From assembly GCA_964609895.1 (NCBI GenBank), contig CAZSTG010000003.1, positions 7,574 to 71,573 on the forward strand: DNA of 64,000 nucleotides. The letters run 5' to 3'. The notes beneath the pieces were generated by a model. It did no database searches and was not told the origin of the DNA. It was given only the letters and a program-made list of their open reading frames with translations. Positions 10,010 to 21,295 of this stretch are shown here, piece after piece. Within the stretch, counting starts at the first letter, position 1. Every line of letters begins with the position of its first letter. Position numbers and translations under genes: made by a program. The DNA is from an uncultured Gammaproteobacteria bacterium. GTDB lineage: Bacteria; Patescibacteriota; Microgenomatia; UBA10105; UBA927.

Positions 10010-10876
10010 ATGGATTTATCAATCATTATTGTCAGCTATAACACAAAAGACATTACAGACAATTGTCTGGCATCCATTAAGAAAAGTCTTCAAGGATCAC
10101 CGATCGTTTATGAAATCATCGTTGTAGACAACGTATCTACGGACGGTTCCCGCGAGATGCTGAGAAAAAAATATCCGGACGCGGTCACCATATTCAATGA
10201 TGAGAACGTCGGATTCGGCAGGGCGAATAATCAGGGAATAAGAAAAGCAAAGGGCGCATATATTTTGCTTATCAATTCCGACACGCTGGCAATCAAGAAC
10301 GCCATTCCAAAACTGTATGAATTCGCGAAAAATCATCCCAAGTCTTTTGCAGGGCCGAAACTTTTGAATATGGACAGAACGCCCCAGACTTCCTGCGGTC
10401 CATTTTTAACCACATATGTGGTGTTTGCCGCATTGTTTTTGAAGGGGGACGTCCTCGGTCTGACCAGATGGTCTCCGAATAAACTCAAAATTGTGGATTG
10501 GGTATCCGGCGCATGTATGATCGGTCCGAAAAAGCTGTTCATGGATGATTTGCTGTTTGATGAGCAGATATTCATGTATATGGAAGAAATCGATTTGTTT
10601 ATGCGCGCACGGAAAAAGGGATACAGAACCTATTTTTATCCAAACAGTCAGGTTGTGCATCTGGGGGGCGCAAGCTCGAGCAATAAGCGCACAGGACCCG
10701 TGCTGAATATCTATAGAGGGTTGCTGTTTGTGTATAAAAAACATTATTCCGGATTTTCGTTGTTCTGTCTGAAACGGATGCTGAAACTGAAAGCGGTTGT
10801 TTCCATGGGAATCGGGTATATTACAGGAAGCGAGTATTTGAAAAAAACATATGCGGAAGCTTATACATTGGTGTAA
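10010..10876 (+). CDS. GT2 glycosyltransferase (WbbL/rhamnosyltransferase-like)
   Basis: SIIIVSYN, VVDN.STDGS, N.GFGRANN, LINSD, WVSGAC, FMYMEEIDL. Confidence 0.9.
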   Translation: MDLSIIIVSYNTKDITDNCLASIKKSLQGSPIVYEIIVVDNVSTDGSREMLRKKYPDAVTIFNDENVGFGRANNQGIRKAKGAYILLINSDTLAIKNAIPKLYEFAKNHPKSFAGPKLLNMDRTPQTSCGPFLTTYVVFAALFLKGDVLGLTRWSPNKLKIVDWVSGACMIGPKKLFMDDLLFDEQIFMYMEEIDLFMRARKKGYRTYFYPNSQVVHLGGASSSNKRTGPVLNIYRGLLFVYKKHYSGFSLFCLKRMLKLKAVVSMGIGYITGSEYLKKTYAEAYTLV

Positions 10877-13838
10877 CCAATACGGATTATACGTCATGAC
10901 GCTGTTTTTATTGGCGTTTATTCCGTTGTATCCGAAAATTCCCCTGCTGGACATTACGCAGACATGGGTATCGATCCGGTTTGAAGATCTTCTGGTGGGT
11001 GCGGCTGCTGTTTGCCTGTGTGCAACGCTTTTTCGAAATCGGAGACTGCCGAAATCCCCGTTGACGCGGCCGATCATCATCTATTGGATTGTTGGACTCA
11101 TTTCTTTGGGAAATGCACTGTTGTTTATTTTTCCTAATCTGTCCGGCGTGTTGTTTCCGCATCTTGCGGTGCTGCATTTTGTCCGCCGCATTGAATATAT
11201 GTTACTGTTTTTTGTGGCATATGAGGCATTCAGGAACAGACCGCTCATGAAACCGTTCCTCTGGACACTTATCGGATCATATGTTCTGATTATTCTTTAC
11301 GGGTTTGGACAGAAATTCCTTGGATTTCCTGCGTTTTTGACCATGAACGAGGAATTTGCCAAAGGACTGCCGCTCAAACTGCCGTCGACGGCACGGTTTC
11401 CTTCCACATTCGGTGGACATTATGATTTGGCGGCATATCTTATTCTGGTTATTCCTATTGTCGGCAGCCTGATTTTCAGTGCAAAAAAAGTTTGGGAAAA
11501 AATCCTGTTTCTTTTTCTGACACTTCTCGGTTTTGAGATGCTGCTGTTTACCGCATCCCGCGTGTCATTTGGTGTATATCTTGTATGTATGTCGTTCATG
11601 CTGTTTTGGCAGAAGAAAACACGACTCATTATTCCGATGATCGTGATCAGCATGACGATGATGACGCTTACAAGCGGGGCATCTGAACGGTTTTACAAAA
11701 CATTCAGCGTCAGCGACGTGATTGTAGACCTCTCGACCGGCAAGCCGATCGGTACGCTCAATTCAACCAGCGGCTCCAGTGCAACACTTGAGCCGATCGC
11801 GTCTCCCGCCGAGGATACGTTGCCACGGGGAAGCGAGTTTATCAACTTGGGTACAGCGGACAGTTCCGCATCCGGTCAGATTTCGGAAGTGTTGTATTAC
11901 AAAAGCATTGACGTGGACGGGATCGGGGATATTGCAACATTTTCCGGCAGTTTCCTTATTCAGAAAGCACTGGTGTATGACATTTCCATTACCACGAGGT
12001 TTCAGGGGCAATGGCCGCGCGCGATGGAGGCATTCAGGAGAAACTATCTTTTGGGCAGCGGGTATTCATCACTTTCCGTTGCCGTGGACGGCGATTATCA
12101 CCGGATGTTGGGAGAAACCGGAATCATCGGCACGATTGCATTTCTCGGCATTTTTGCGGCGGCATTTCAGTTGTTTTTGAAATATAAGGAAACCCTCGAG
12201 CCGGTAAAACGTGCATTTGTCATCGGACTGTTTGCCGGTATTGTCGGACTTTTGGTGAATGCGGTACTCATTGATGTATTTGAAGCATCGAAAGTCGCAT
12301 TTACCCTGTGGTCGCTTTTGGGCATCGCTGTTGCTCTTTTGGTTTCGGAAAAACAGGTAACCGTCAGATACCTGTCACTATTACGACATATTCTCACCCG
12401 TCCCGCAGCCTATATCGTGTATCTGTTCCTTGCTGTGTTTGTTATTTGGGGAATGGCCACACGGCTGTATTTTCTGGGAGACGATTTTACATGGCTTCGA
12501 TGGGCTGCGGAAAGCAACATTTCTGATATAGGTAAATTTTTCACCCAGTCGCAGGGATTTTGGTATCGTCCGATTCCAAAACTCTGGTATTATACTCTGT
12601 TTTCCGTTGTGTGGCTAAAACCAGCAATTTATCATGCATCATCGGTATTTTTGCTGTTTGCTACGTCATTTTTCATTTACCGCGTGGTGTTTCTGCGGAC
12701 AAAACAGCGCGCGTTTGCATGGATCGGCGCGCTCGTCTTTGCCGCCGCGTCCGTACACCATGAAAATGTATATTGGATTTCCGGACAAAGTAGCGTGCTT
12801 GCAGGATTTTTTCTGATGGCTGCGGTATATATACAAACGGAATCGCATGCATGGTTGAAACGGGTGCCTTTGTGGATAACGGCTGTTTGCACATGGGTGC
12901 TGACGCTGGCATCCATGCTTTCGTATGACGGAATGGTTATCGCACCGGTTGTCGTGACGCTGTTTGCTGTGTTCCGGCAGAAAAAATCCGTATGGACATA
13001 CATCACGCTTCTTTGTATTCCCGTATATCTTCTGATGAGACAGCAGGCCATGGCTCTTGCTCCTGCAGGGGACTACGGATATAAGACGAGCACATTTTTT
13101 ATCAACACCGTCAGCAACCTGCTCGGATACACCGTGTCATTTTTTGCAGGACCCGCGGTTGTTGCAGCATGGAATCAGCTGCGTGTGTTGTCACGGCCGT
13201 TTTTAAAACCCATGACTGTCGTATTCGGCGTCGTCGGGATTGCCGTCGTCCTATGGGTATGGAAAAAACGGGAAATAATACGCCGCCATACGGATGTGTG
13301 GATATGGTTTCTTGCCTATGGTATCTGCTTTGCCGCATATGCGCCCCTCGGGGGCATGGCCGACAGATATGTATATATTCCTTCCATGTTTTTGGCCGTC
13401 GGGCTTGCCATCGGCGCACACAGACTTTGGAATACAACACAGGGCAGATATATAAAACCCGTCATTTGTCTGTTGTGCGCGGTATATCTTGTTTGGAATG
13501 GTATGGAAGTGAAGCGTCTCGGCGGAGATTGGCTCTTTGCCAGCAAATCTGCGGAGCACGCATTGCAGGTGATTAAAAAGGAAACGTATCCGCCCAAAGA
13601 TGTGAAGACATTCTTTTTTGTCGATATGCCCATCAGATATGGAAGTGCATGGATTTTTCCGACAGGGATGAACGATGCTATCTGGCACATGTACAGGACA
13701 AGTCCGTACAGGGTGTTTACCATGCCGTCCATTGAAGACGCATATAAATTTTATATGAACCTAGGTGACAGGGAAGTATTTGTATTTGATAACTATGAAC
13801 TGAAACGCGGCGTTCGGGAAACACAGAACGTGCAGTGA
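10851..13838 (+). CDS. Fusion of an O-antigen ligase/Wzy_C-like domain with a GT-C-like domain
   Basis: 995 aa. N-half has R..STFGG, TASR, R...W..A and LGETGIIG; C-half has FLGDDF, WYRP, HHENVYWIS and RYVYIPS. Confidence 0.7.
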   Translation: MRKLIHWCNQYGLYVMTLFLLAFIPLYPKIPLLDITQTWVSIRFEDLLVGAAAVCLCATLFRNRRLPKSPLTRPIIIYWIVGLISLGNALLFIFPNLSGVLFPHLAVLHFVRRIEYMLLFFVAYEAFRNRPLMKPFLWTLIGSYVLIILYGFGQKFLGFPAFLTMNEEFAKGLPLKLPSTARFPSTFGGHYDLAAYLILVIPIVGSLIFSAKKVWEKILFLFLTLLGFEMLLFTASRVSFGVYLVCMSFMLFWQKKTRLIIPMIVISMTMMTLTSGASERFYKTFSVSDVIVDLSTGKPIGTLNSTSGSSATLEPIASPAEDTLPRGSEFINLGTADSSASGQISEVLYYKSIDVDGIGDIATFSGSFLIQKALVYDISITTRFQGQWPRAMEAFRRNYLLGSGYSSLSVAVDGDYHRMLGETGIIGTIAFLGIFAAAFQLFLKYKETLEPVKRAFVIGLFAGIVGLLVNAVLIDVFEASKVAFTLWSLLGIAVALLVSEKQVTVRYLSLLRHILTRPAAYIVYLFLAVFVIWGMATRLYFLGDDFTWLRWAAESNISDIGKFFTQSQGFWYRPIPKLWYYTLFSVVWLKPAIYHASSVFLLFATSFFIYRVVFLRTKQRAFAWIGALVFAAASVHHENVYWISGQSSVLAGFFLMAAVYIQTESHAWLKRVPLWITAVCTWVLTLASMLSYDGMVIAPVVVTLFAVFRQKKSVWTYITLLCIPVYLLMRQQAMALAPAGDYGYKTSTFFINTVSNLLGYTVSFFAGPAVVAAWNQLRVLSRPFLKPMTVVFGVVGIAVVLWVWKKREIIRRHTDVWIWFLAYGICFAAYAPLGGMADRYVYIPSMFLAVGLAIGAHRLWNTTQGRYIKPVICLLCAVYLVWNGMEVKRLGGDWLFASKSAEHALQVIKKETYPPKDVKTFFFVDMPIRYGSAWIFPTGMNDAIWHMYRTSPYRVFTMPSIEDAYKFYMNLGDREVFVFDNYELKRGVRETQNVQ

Positions 13839-13839
13839 T

Positions 13840-15300
13840 ATGAAAGCAAAGGCCTTTACCATCATCTGTTTATTGTCGATTGCAGTCATTGGTGTTTTGA
13901 TGCGTCTGTATAAGGTGCAGGAGCCGGTCGCAGATTGGCACAGCTGGCGGCAGGCGGATACTGCGGCGGTTGCGAGAAATTATGTACGATTTGGGATTGA
14001 TCTGCTGCATCCACGTTATGATGATCTTTCAAACATTCAATCCGGTACGGACAATCCAGAGGGGTATCGGATGGTGGAATTTCCTTTGTATCAGGCGGCA
14101 GCGGCATGGTGTTATACACTGTTTGGAAGTGTTTCCATCGAACTATGGCTTCGTATATTCGCCATTGCGGCATCGACAATCACAGGATGTGCGCTGGGAT
14201 TGTTTCTGTGGCGGAGAATAAATGCAATTACAGGAGTATTAAGTGCGTTGTTGTATGCCGTCCTTCCGTATAGCGTGTATTATGGGAGAGCAATACTTCC
14301 TGACGGCATAGCTGTATGTTTTGCTATTCTGAGTATTCTATTTTTTGATATTGGAAACGACGAAAAGAAAAAGTCCGGAATATGGGGATATACACTTCTT
14401 TCAGCACTTTTTGGTGCAACCTCTCTTCTTGTTAAACCTGTTGCCGGATTTTTACTGCTGCCTTTGGCAGGCATGCTTTTTGTTGATAAAAAACAGGTGG
14501 GAAAAACACTCATCCGACTTGTGGCTGTGAGTGTGATAACACTGGTGCCGTTTTATGTTTGGCGTCAATGGATAGCCCAATATCCAGAGGGAATAGCCGC
14601 ATATATGTGGTTATTTAACGGCAACGGGATACGTCTGAAAGGCGCATGGTTTTATTGGCTGTTTGCGGAACGGATCGGCAAACTTATCCTAGGATACTGG
14701 GGCGTTCTGTTTTTGGGATTGGGGCTTATCGAAAAAACAGAAAAGAAAGAGCGGTTTCTCAGTCATCTTTTGGGGTTGGGCGCGCTGCTGTATATGGTTA
14801 TTCTTGCAACCGGCAATGTGCAACATGATTACTATCAGATTCTGATTCTCCCTGCGGTTGCGGTGTACGGAGCAAAAGGGATCGCATGGATGATCAAGAA
14901 AAACTGGGAGACAAGGGGACTGCAGAAAATAGTAGGAATCGCCGTGGGAATGGTTGTATGTGTATTCACTGTCTTTTTTTCATGGTATACCGTGAGAACA
15001 TATTACTGGATTAACAGACCCGAAATCATTGAGGCGGGATTGGCTGCACAAAAACTTCTTCCGGAAAATGCAAAAGTCGTTGCGCCATATAACGGCGACA
15101 CAACATTTTTGTATCAGACCGGTCATCAGGGATGGCCACTAGGATTTGATATAGATCAAAAAATAAAGATGGGTGCAACACACTATGTGACTGTGTCTCC
15201 GACAGATGCTGATTTAGAGACGCGGGATCTTGCCAATATGTATACTGTGCTTGTAAGAAACGACAAGTTCGCAATTATTGATTTGACGAAGAAAAAATAA
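13840..15300 (+). CDS. GT-C glycosyltransferase (ArnT/PMT family 39/83-like)
   Basis: DWHSWRQADTA..ARN, EFPLY, LLVKP and HDYYQ motifs; multiple TMs. Confidence 0.8.
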   Translation: MKAKAFTIICLLSIAVIGVLMRLYKVQEPVADWHSWRQADTAAVARNYVRFGIDLLHPRYDDLSNIQSGTDNPEGYRMVEFPLYQAAAAWCYTLFGSVSIELWLRIFAIAASTITGCALGLFLWRRINAITGVLSALLYAVLPYSVYYGRAILPDGIAVCFAILSILFFDIGNDEKKKSGIWGYTLLSALFGATSLLVKPVAGFLLLPLAGMLFVDKKQVGKTLIRLVAVSVITLVPFYVWRQWIAQYPEGIAAYMWLFNGNGIRLKGAWFYWLFAERIGKLILGYWGVLFLGLGLIEKTEKKERFLSHLLGLGALLYMVILATGNVQHDYYQILILPAVAVYGAKGIAWMIKKNWETRGLQKIVGIAVGMVVCVFTVFFSWYTVRTYYWINRPEIIEAGLAAQKLLPENAKVVAPYNGDTTFLYQTGHQGWPLGFDIDQKIKMGATHYVTVSPTDADLETRDLANMYTVLVRNDKFAIIDLTKKK

Positions 15301-15304
15301 CGCC

Positions 15305-16477
15305 ATGAATATACTGTTTGTCAGTGCACTCCTGCCATATCCGCTCCACTCAGGTGGACAGGTGCGCATGTACAATCTTCTGAAACTGTTAAGCAAAAAA
15401 CATACCATAACACTCTTTTCGTTTATGAGGAACAAGGAGGAACAAAACTATATTCGTTCCTTATCGTTTTTGTCTGATATTCATTTGGTCATGCGGGGAA
15501 AAGGAAGACAGGTAAAATATGTGGTCAAAGCACTGGGGAATTATCCACTCCTTCTTGCAACCTACGACAACAGGGTGATGCAGGAGGAAATAAAAAAGGA
15601 ACTCACAAGGAAGAAGTACGATCTGGTGCACATAGAGCCGTTTTATGTGTTTCCATCACTGCCACCGCTCTCACTTCCGTTCGTGGTGTCTGAGCACAAC
15701 GTCGAATATGACATTTATCAGAAAAATGCGGAAAAAATGCGGTTGCCGATTGTGAAACCTTTTGCTTATTTTGATGCCATAAAGGTGAAAATATGGGAAG
15801 AGATCGTCTGGCAAAAAGCAAAGCAGGTAACAGCGGTATCGTCTGAAGACGCAACAGTGATAACCCGTGCAACAAAAAAAGAAACGGCAGTTGTTCCGAA
15901 TGGCGTAGACACAACAGCATTTGTGTACAAAGAGCGGGCGTTTATAAAAGATCACCCCACCTGTTTATTTGTCGGAAATTTTCTCTGGGCGCCAAATACA
16001 GAGGCAATACGAACTCTCCTTGTGTCCATTTGGCCAAAGATTGTTGCTCGCTACCCGAACGCTGTGCTTACCATTGTCGGAAAACACTTTCCCAAAGACG
16101 TAAAAAAATATGTAACCGGTTCTGTGCGTCTTGAGGAATATGTTGAGGATATCCAAGATGCATTCCATGCATCAGATATTCTGCTTGCGCCAATGGGAAT
16201 AGGTGGGGGAACGAAATTTAAGATTCTTGAGGCAATGGCATCAGGCACACTGGTCATCACCACTCCCCAAGGAAGAATGGGTATCGTCGGAGCATCCGGA
16301 AAAGAATTGCTGGAAGCCTCGACTGCTGATGAGTTTGTTGGGGCAGTCACTTCGGTTTATGACGAACAGCGTACGTCTAAGATCATAACGAAAAACGCGA
16401 GGAAATTAGTTGAAAATACCTATGATTGGAAGGCAATCGCAGAAAAGTTGGATGCGGTTTGGAAAGGATCAGTATGA
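15305..16477 (+). CDS. GT4 glycosyltransferase
   Basis: PYPLHSGG, EHNVE, VVPNGVD, GGGTKFKILEAMA. Confidence 0.88.
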   Translation: MNILFVSALLPYPLHSGGQVRMYNLLKLLSKKHTITLFSFMRNKEEQNYIRSLSFLSDIHLVMRGKGRQVKYVVKALGNYPLLLATYDNRVMQEEIKKELTRKKYDLVHIEPFYVFPSLPPLSLPFVVSEHNVEYDIYQKNAEKMRLPIVKPFAYFDAIKVKIWEEIVWQKAKQVTAVSSEDATVITRATKKETAVVPNGVDTTAFVYKERAFIKDHPTCLFVGNFLWAPNTEAIRTLLVSIWPKIVARYPNAVLTIVGKHFPKDVKKYVTGSVRLEEYVEDIQDAFHASDILLAPMGIGGGTKFKILEAMASGTLVITTPQGRMGIVGASGKELLEASTADEFVGAVTSVYDEQRTSKIITKNARKLVENTYDWKAIAEKLDAVWKGSV

Positions 16478-17352
16478 ACACTGTTGATGTCTCAGTTGTT
16501 ATTTTGAATTTTAATACAGTAGAACTTACAAAAACGTGTATAGAACGTCTCTACGCCTCAAAACTTGGGAAATACACAATGGAAATTATTGTCTGTGACA
16601 ACGCATCAACGGATGGGACAGACGCAATGATTAAGAAAGAGTTTAAGGATGTGATATTTATCCAAAACGGGGGGAATGTCGGATTTGCTGCAGGAAATAA
16701 TCCCGGTATCAAGCGTGCAAGCGGACGATATGTATTGCTTCTTAATTCTGACACAGAGGTTGAGAAAGATACCATCGCAACCATGATTCGGTTTATGGAC
16801 GATCATCATGCAGCAGGAGCTTCTACATGTAAGTTACTTTTAATGGATGGTTCTATGGATCCAGCGTGTCATCGGGGGATGCCGACACCATGGAACGGTT
16901 TGACATACTACGCAAAACTGGAAAAGCTATTCCCAAAAATAAAGTGGTTTAGCGGGTATCATCAGTTGTACAAAAATCTTGATACGGTACATGAGGTTGA
17001 TTGCATCAGTGGTGCATTTTTTCTCGTTCGACGGAAAGTGATTGAAACAGTCGGTATGCTGGATGAATCCTTTTTTATGTACGGGGAGGATATCGATTGG
17101 GCGTACCGGATGAAACAGGCAGGTTGGCAGATATGGTTTAATCCCACTGTGACGACACTGCATAAAAAGAAACAAAGCGGCAGGTCACATACAAATAGGG
17201 AACGAAGAGTGAAAACACAGCTTCTGTTCATCAAATATAATAAACTGTTTTATACAAAGCATTACGAAAAGAAATATCCCCGCATTGTGACGTTTTGTGT
17301 CTACCTTGCCTTTGCACTGCAGACCATAAAAGTAAAAATATTCGGGGCATAA
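16474..17352 (+). CDS. GT2 glycosyltransferase
   Basis: VSVVILNFN, DNASTDG, LLNSD, SGAF, FFMYGEDIDW. Start moved to 16474. Confidence 0.88.
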   Translation: MNTVDVSVVILNFNTVELTKTCIERLYASKLGKYTMEIIVCDNASTDGTDAMIKKEFKDVIFIQNGGNVGFAAGNNPGIKRASGRYVLLLNSDTEVEKDTIATMIRFMDDHHAAGASTCKLLLMDGSMDPACHRGMPTPWNGLTYYAKLEKLFPKIKWFSGYHQLYKNLDTVHEVDCISGAFFLVRRKVIETVGMLDESFFMYGEDIDWAYRMKQAGWQIWFNPTVTTLHKKKQSGRSHTNRERRVKTQLLFIKYNKLFYTKHYEKKYPRIVTFCVYLAFALQTIKVKIFGA

Positions 17353-17357
17353 AAAAT

Positions 17358-18452
17358 ATGCGCATAGGAATTGATGCTCGTCTTATTGCTGAAACTGGTA
17401 TCGGACGGTATATCCGTAATGTCATAGCAGAGCTTGCTACTGTTGATACCAAAAATACATATATCGTTTTTTTGTCATCTGACGCTTTTGACACATTTGT
17501 GCCTCCCAACACCAGATGGGAAAAACGATTATGTACGGTTCATTGGCATACCCTCAAAGAACAGCTCATTATGCCGAAAATTTTTTCTCGTGAGCATCTT
17601 GATCTGTTGCATGTACCATATTTTAACGTGCCGATTTTTTATACCAAACCCTATGTCGTGACCATCCATGATTTAACGATTCTTCATGTTGCAACTGGTA
17701 AAGCGACCACACTGCCAAAACCGTTATATTGGTTACGAAGAATCGGGTATCAACTCATTGTTCGTCTTGGTGTGCTGCGTGCTACACACATTATTGCCGT
17801 TTCAGAAAGTACGAAAAGCGATATTGTCAAAAGCCTGCATGTTTCCCCGCAAAAAATCAGTGTGACGTATGAAGGAGTTGATACGAACATACAAACAACC
17901 AAAGACGCAAATCCTTCTCGTACACCATATTTTTTGTATGTGGGAAATGCCTACCCGCACAAAAATCTAGAATTTCTTATTAGGAGTTTTGGAACATTTG
18001 TTGTAAAGCATCCGACGTATCAGCTAGTACTTATCGGGAAAAACGACTTTTTCTATACACGGTTGTCTGCGTGGGTGATGCAGTTTCCCTTTGCCTCCCG
18101 TGTCCGGTTTATTACGTCCGCAACTGATGAGGAACTTGCTTCCTATTATATATATACACGTGCTTTTATTTTCCCCTCACTCATGGAAGGATTTGGGCTT
18201 CCGGCTCTTGAGGCGATGAAGTTTGGTGCGCCGGTTCTCTGTTCAGACATACCGGTATTCCATGAATTGTTTGCATCCATTCCCCAGTATTTTAATCCTC
18301 ATAATGAGCAATCACTTGTTGATGCAATGGAGCAGGCGGCAACCGGAAAAAAGAAACAGCTTGGTAGAGAAGAACAAATGTATCTGGAACGCTACCAATG
18401 GAAAACTGCCGCAAAACACACACTTCGGGTATATGAGCAGGCGCTGATATGA
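17358..18452 (+). CDS. GT4 glycosyltransferase
   Basis: MRIGIDAR..TGIGRY, VTIHD, YVGNAYPHKN, PSLMEGFGLPALEAM. Confidence 0.9.
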   Translation: MRIGIDARLIAETGIGRYIRNVIAELATVDTKNTYIVFLSSDAFDTFVPPNTRWEKRLCTVHWHTLKEQLIMPKIFSREHLDLLHVPYFNVPIFYTKPYVVTIHDLTILHVATGKATTLPKPLYWLRRIGYQLIVRLGVLRATHIIAVSESTKSDIVKSLHVSPQKISVTYEGVDTNIQTTKDANPSRTPYFLYVGNAYPHKNLEFLIRSFGTFVVKHPTYQLVLIGKNDFFYTRLSAWVMQFPFASRVRFITSATDEELASYYIYTRAFIFPSLMEGFGLPALEAMKFGAPVLCSDIPVFHELFASIPQYFNPHNEQSLVDAMEQAATGKKKQLGREEQMYLERYQWKTAAKHTLRVYEQALI

Positions 18453-19540
18453 AGGTTGCACTTATCTATGATAGGGTAAACAAGGTTGGTGGAGCGGAAC
18501 GTGTTCTCATTGCATTGCATGAGTTGTTCCCTGACGCGCCGCTTTATACTGCAGTATATGACAGGAAAGGCGCTCCGTGGGCACGGGTGTTGGCCGTTCG
18601 CACGTCATTCATCAACCGTATTTCGTGGGCTCGTACCCGACACGAGTATTTTGCATGGCTTACGCCGCTCGCATTCCGGTTGTTTGATTTTTCATCTTTT
18701 GATGTGGTGATCAGTGTTACCAGTGCTGAAGCAAAAAATATCCGTACAACCCGTTCGACAGTGCATCTTTGTTATTGTCTGACCCCCACGAGATATTTAT
18801 GGAGCGGATTTTCCGCCTACGCTCGGCAGCAAGGCCTGCTGTCGTTTTTTTTCCGGCTGTGGGCGCCACTTTTGCGGCGTTGGGATCTTTCTGCGGCTAA
18901 ACGGCCAGACCACTACGTTGCAATATCAGACCGCGTCAGCCGCCGGATAGCGACATATTACAAACGCACGGCGGATTGTGTGATCTATCCTCCGGTTGAG
19001 ACAACCAAGTTCTTCCCCAAAAAAGATACAGTAAACGGGAAATACTATTTATTTGTGTCACGGCTGGTACCGTACAAGCGACCCGACATTGTGATTGCGG
19101 CATGTAACAGACTGCGTATTCCGTTGATTATCATCGGTACAGGCAGTGAATATCCGAGACTGAAAAAAATGGCTTCGGATACAGTTCGGTTTATTACCGA
19201 ATATTTGACAGATAAAGAAATGCTTCGGTATTATCAAAATTGCCGTGCATTTCTTTTTGCAGGCGATGAAGACTTCGGTATAGTTGCGGCGGAAGCGCAA
19301 AGCGCGGGGAAAGCGGTTATTGCATACAGGGAAAGCGGCATTGCGGAAATTGTTGTTGACGGGAAAACGGGTGTTTTGTTTGATGAACAGACCCCAGAAG
19401 GGTTGATGCGGGCAATTCGGAAATTTGAAAAGATGCGCATATCATCAGATGCTTGTAGGCGTCAGGCTGAGAAATTCAGTACGAAACGGTTTAAGGAAGA
19501 AATGACGGCATATATTCATACAGCGGTAAATCAAGTATAA
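18449..19540 (+). CDS. GT4 mannosyltransferase (WbaZ-like)
   Basis: GGAERVL, TPTRYLW, SRLVPYKR, EDFGIVAAEAQ. Confidence 0.88.
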   Translation: MKVALIYDRVNKVGGAERVLIALHELFPDAPLYTAVYDRKGAPWARVLAVRTSFINRISWARTRHEYFAWLTPLAFRLFDFSSFDVVISVTSAEAKNIRTTRSTVHLCYCLTPTRYLWSGFSAYARQQGLLSFFFRLWAPLLRRWDLSAAKRPDHYVAISDRVSRRIATYYKRTADCVIYPPVETTKFFPKKDTVNGKYYLFVSRLVPYKRPDIVIAACNRLRIPLIIIGTGSEYPRLKKMASDTVRFITEYLTDKEMLRYYQNCRAFLFAGDEDFGIVAAEAQSAGKAVIAYRESGIAEIVVDGKTGVLFDEQTPEGLMRAIRKFEKMRISSDACRRQAEKFSTKRFKEEMTAYIHTAVNQV

Positions 19541-19549
19541 TTAAACTCT

Positions 19550-20632
19550 ATGAAAGCAATTGTCTTTGCAGGTGGTGTAGGAACAAGGTTGTGGCCACTT
19601 TCACGAAAAAAGTCGCCCAAGCAGTTTGAAAAAATCATCGGAAACAAATCAACGCTGCAGCTGGCGGTTTCACGGGTGCAACCGGATTTTACATGGAATG
19701 ACATCTACGTTTCTACGGGAAAACAATATGTCGGCACAGTTGAAGCACAGCTGACGGAACTTCCAAAAGGTCATGTGATCGGAGAACCGGTCATGCGTGA
19801 TGTAGGACCGGCAGTCGGGCTCGTAACAGCGTTGTTTGCAACGGTGTCTCCAGATGAACCGATGGTGATTCTGTGGAGTGATCATCTTGTGAAGAACGAA
19901 GTTCTGTTCCGGAAAATCCTGAAAGCGGCGGGCAGGATCGTGAAACGAGATCAAAACAAGATTATATTTGTGTCCCAGAAGCCGCGGTTTGCCAGTGAAA
20001 ATCTCGGATGGATCGATTTCGGCAATACCGTTGAAACAGATGACGGCATTGCCATGCATGCCTTTGTCGATTTCCAATATCGCCCTGATGCGGCTACGGC
20101 CAAGAAGTATTTTGAAAGCGGACATCATGCGTGGAATTTGGGCTATTTTGTGACGACACCGAGATTTTTATTGTCCCAATATAAAAAATTTGTTCCCAAT
20201 GTATATGAGGGATTGCAGGAGATTGCACGTGCATGGCAGACGGATACGTATGAACTTGTTCTTGAAAAAGTCTATCCGACACTCGAAAAAATAAGTTTTG
20301 ACAACGCGATTCTGGAAAAACTGGATCCGGCACATGCGTTGGTTGTTTCTGAAAATATCGAGTGGAGCGATATCGGCGCATGGGAGGCACTCAAAGAATC
20401 GCTGGAAGGTACATCGGATAAAAACGTCACGCAGGGAAAGGTATTTTTAAAGGATGTGGATGACTGTCTGGTTTATAATTACGGCAAACAGCTGGTTGTC
20501 GGCATTGATGTCTCCGAATTACTTATCGTGAATACCGATGACGTGCTGATGGTATGCAAAAAAACGTCCGTTCCGAAAATCAAGAAGGTAGTAGAGGGAT
20601 TTGCCGGTACCGATCATGAATCGCTTACCTAA
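19550..20632 (+). CDS. manC: Mannose-1-phosphate guanylyltransferase
   Basis: AGGVGTRLWPLSR..PKQF, EP..RD, SDH, ISFD.AILEK, WSDIGAW. Confidence 0.88.
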   Translation: MKAIVFAGGVGTRLWPLSRKKSPKQFEKIIGNKSTLQLAVSRVQPDFTWNDIYVSTGKQYVGTVEAQLTELPKGHVIGEPVMRDVGPAVGLVTALFATVSPDEPMVILWSDHLVKNEVLFRKILKAAGRIVKRDQNKIIFVSQKPRFASENLGWIDFGNTVETDDGIAMHAFVDFQYRPDAATAKKYFESGHHAWNLGYFVTTPRFLLSQYKKFVPNVYEGLQEIARAWQTDTYELVLEKVYPTLEKISFDNAILEKLDPAHALVVSENIEWSDIGAWEALKESLEGTSDKNVTQGKVFLKDVDDCLVYNYGKQLVVGIDVSELLIVNTDDVLMVCKKTSVPKIKKVVEGFAGTDHESLT

Positions 20633-20636
20633 TACT

Positions 20637-21278
20637 ATGTGGTATACAGTTACAAAACGGTTGATTGATATTGTTGCAAGTATACTCCTCATCAGTACGA
20701 TTTTTTTGCCTGTCATCATCATTACTTCCATTGCCATTCTTTTGGATTCGGAAGGTCCGGTGTTGGCGGATACTCCGAACCGCGTGGGTAAAAACGGAAA
20801 GTTGTTTAAATTGTTTAAATTTCGTTCCATGGTGGTGAATGCCCATCAGATGCTACGGAGTGATCCGAAAATGGCAAAACTATACGAAGAATACCGGCAC
20901 AACAGCTATAAACTGGTGCATGACCCGCGTGTAACCAGAGTCGGTAGGTTTATACGGAAGCACAGTATTGATGAAATTCCGCAGCTTTTTAATGTGCTCA
21001 AAGGCGATATGAGTCTTGTGGGGCCTCGGCCGTATTATGAAGATGAACTTCGGGAACAGCAGAAAAAATATCCGCAGACAAAACAGCTGGTGAAAGTGGT
21101 GTTGTCCGCAAAACCCGGAGTAACCGGTTATTGGCAGGTTTCAGGAAGAAGCGAAGTGAATTTCGACAAACGCATCCAGATGGACGCAGACTACGTGACC
21201 AAACGGTCGCTCTTGTTTGATATCCTTATTATTCTCAAAAGCCCGCTTGCGATGATTACCGGAAAAGGCGCGGTATAA
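20637..21278 (+). CDS. Priming undecaprenyl-phosphate sugar transferase (Bac_transf)
   Basis: [56 protein letters not shown]. Confidence 0.92.
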   Translation: MWYTVTKRLIDIVASILLISTIFLPVIIITSIAILLDSEGPVLADTPNRVGKNGKLFKLFKFRSMVVNAHQMLRSDPKMAKLYEEYRHNSYKLVHDPRVTRVGRFIRKHSIDEIPQLFNVLKGDMSLVGPRPYYEDELREQQKKYPQTKQLVKVVLSAKPGVTGYWQVSGRSEVNFDKRIQMDADYVTKRSLLFDILIILKSPLAMITGKGAV

Positions 21279-21295
21279 TCTCCACAGACAGAAGG

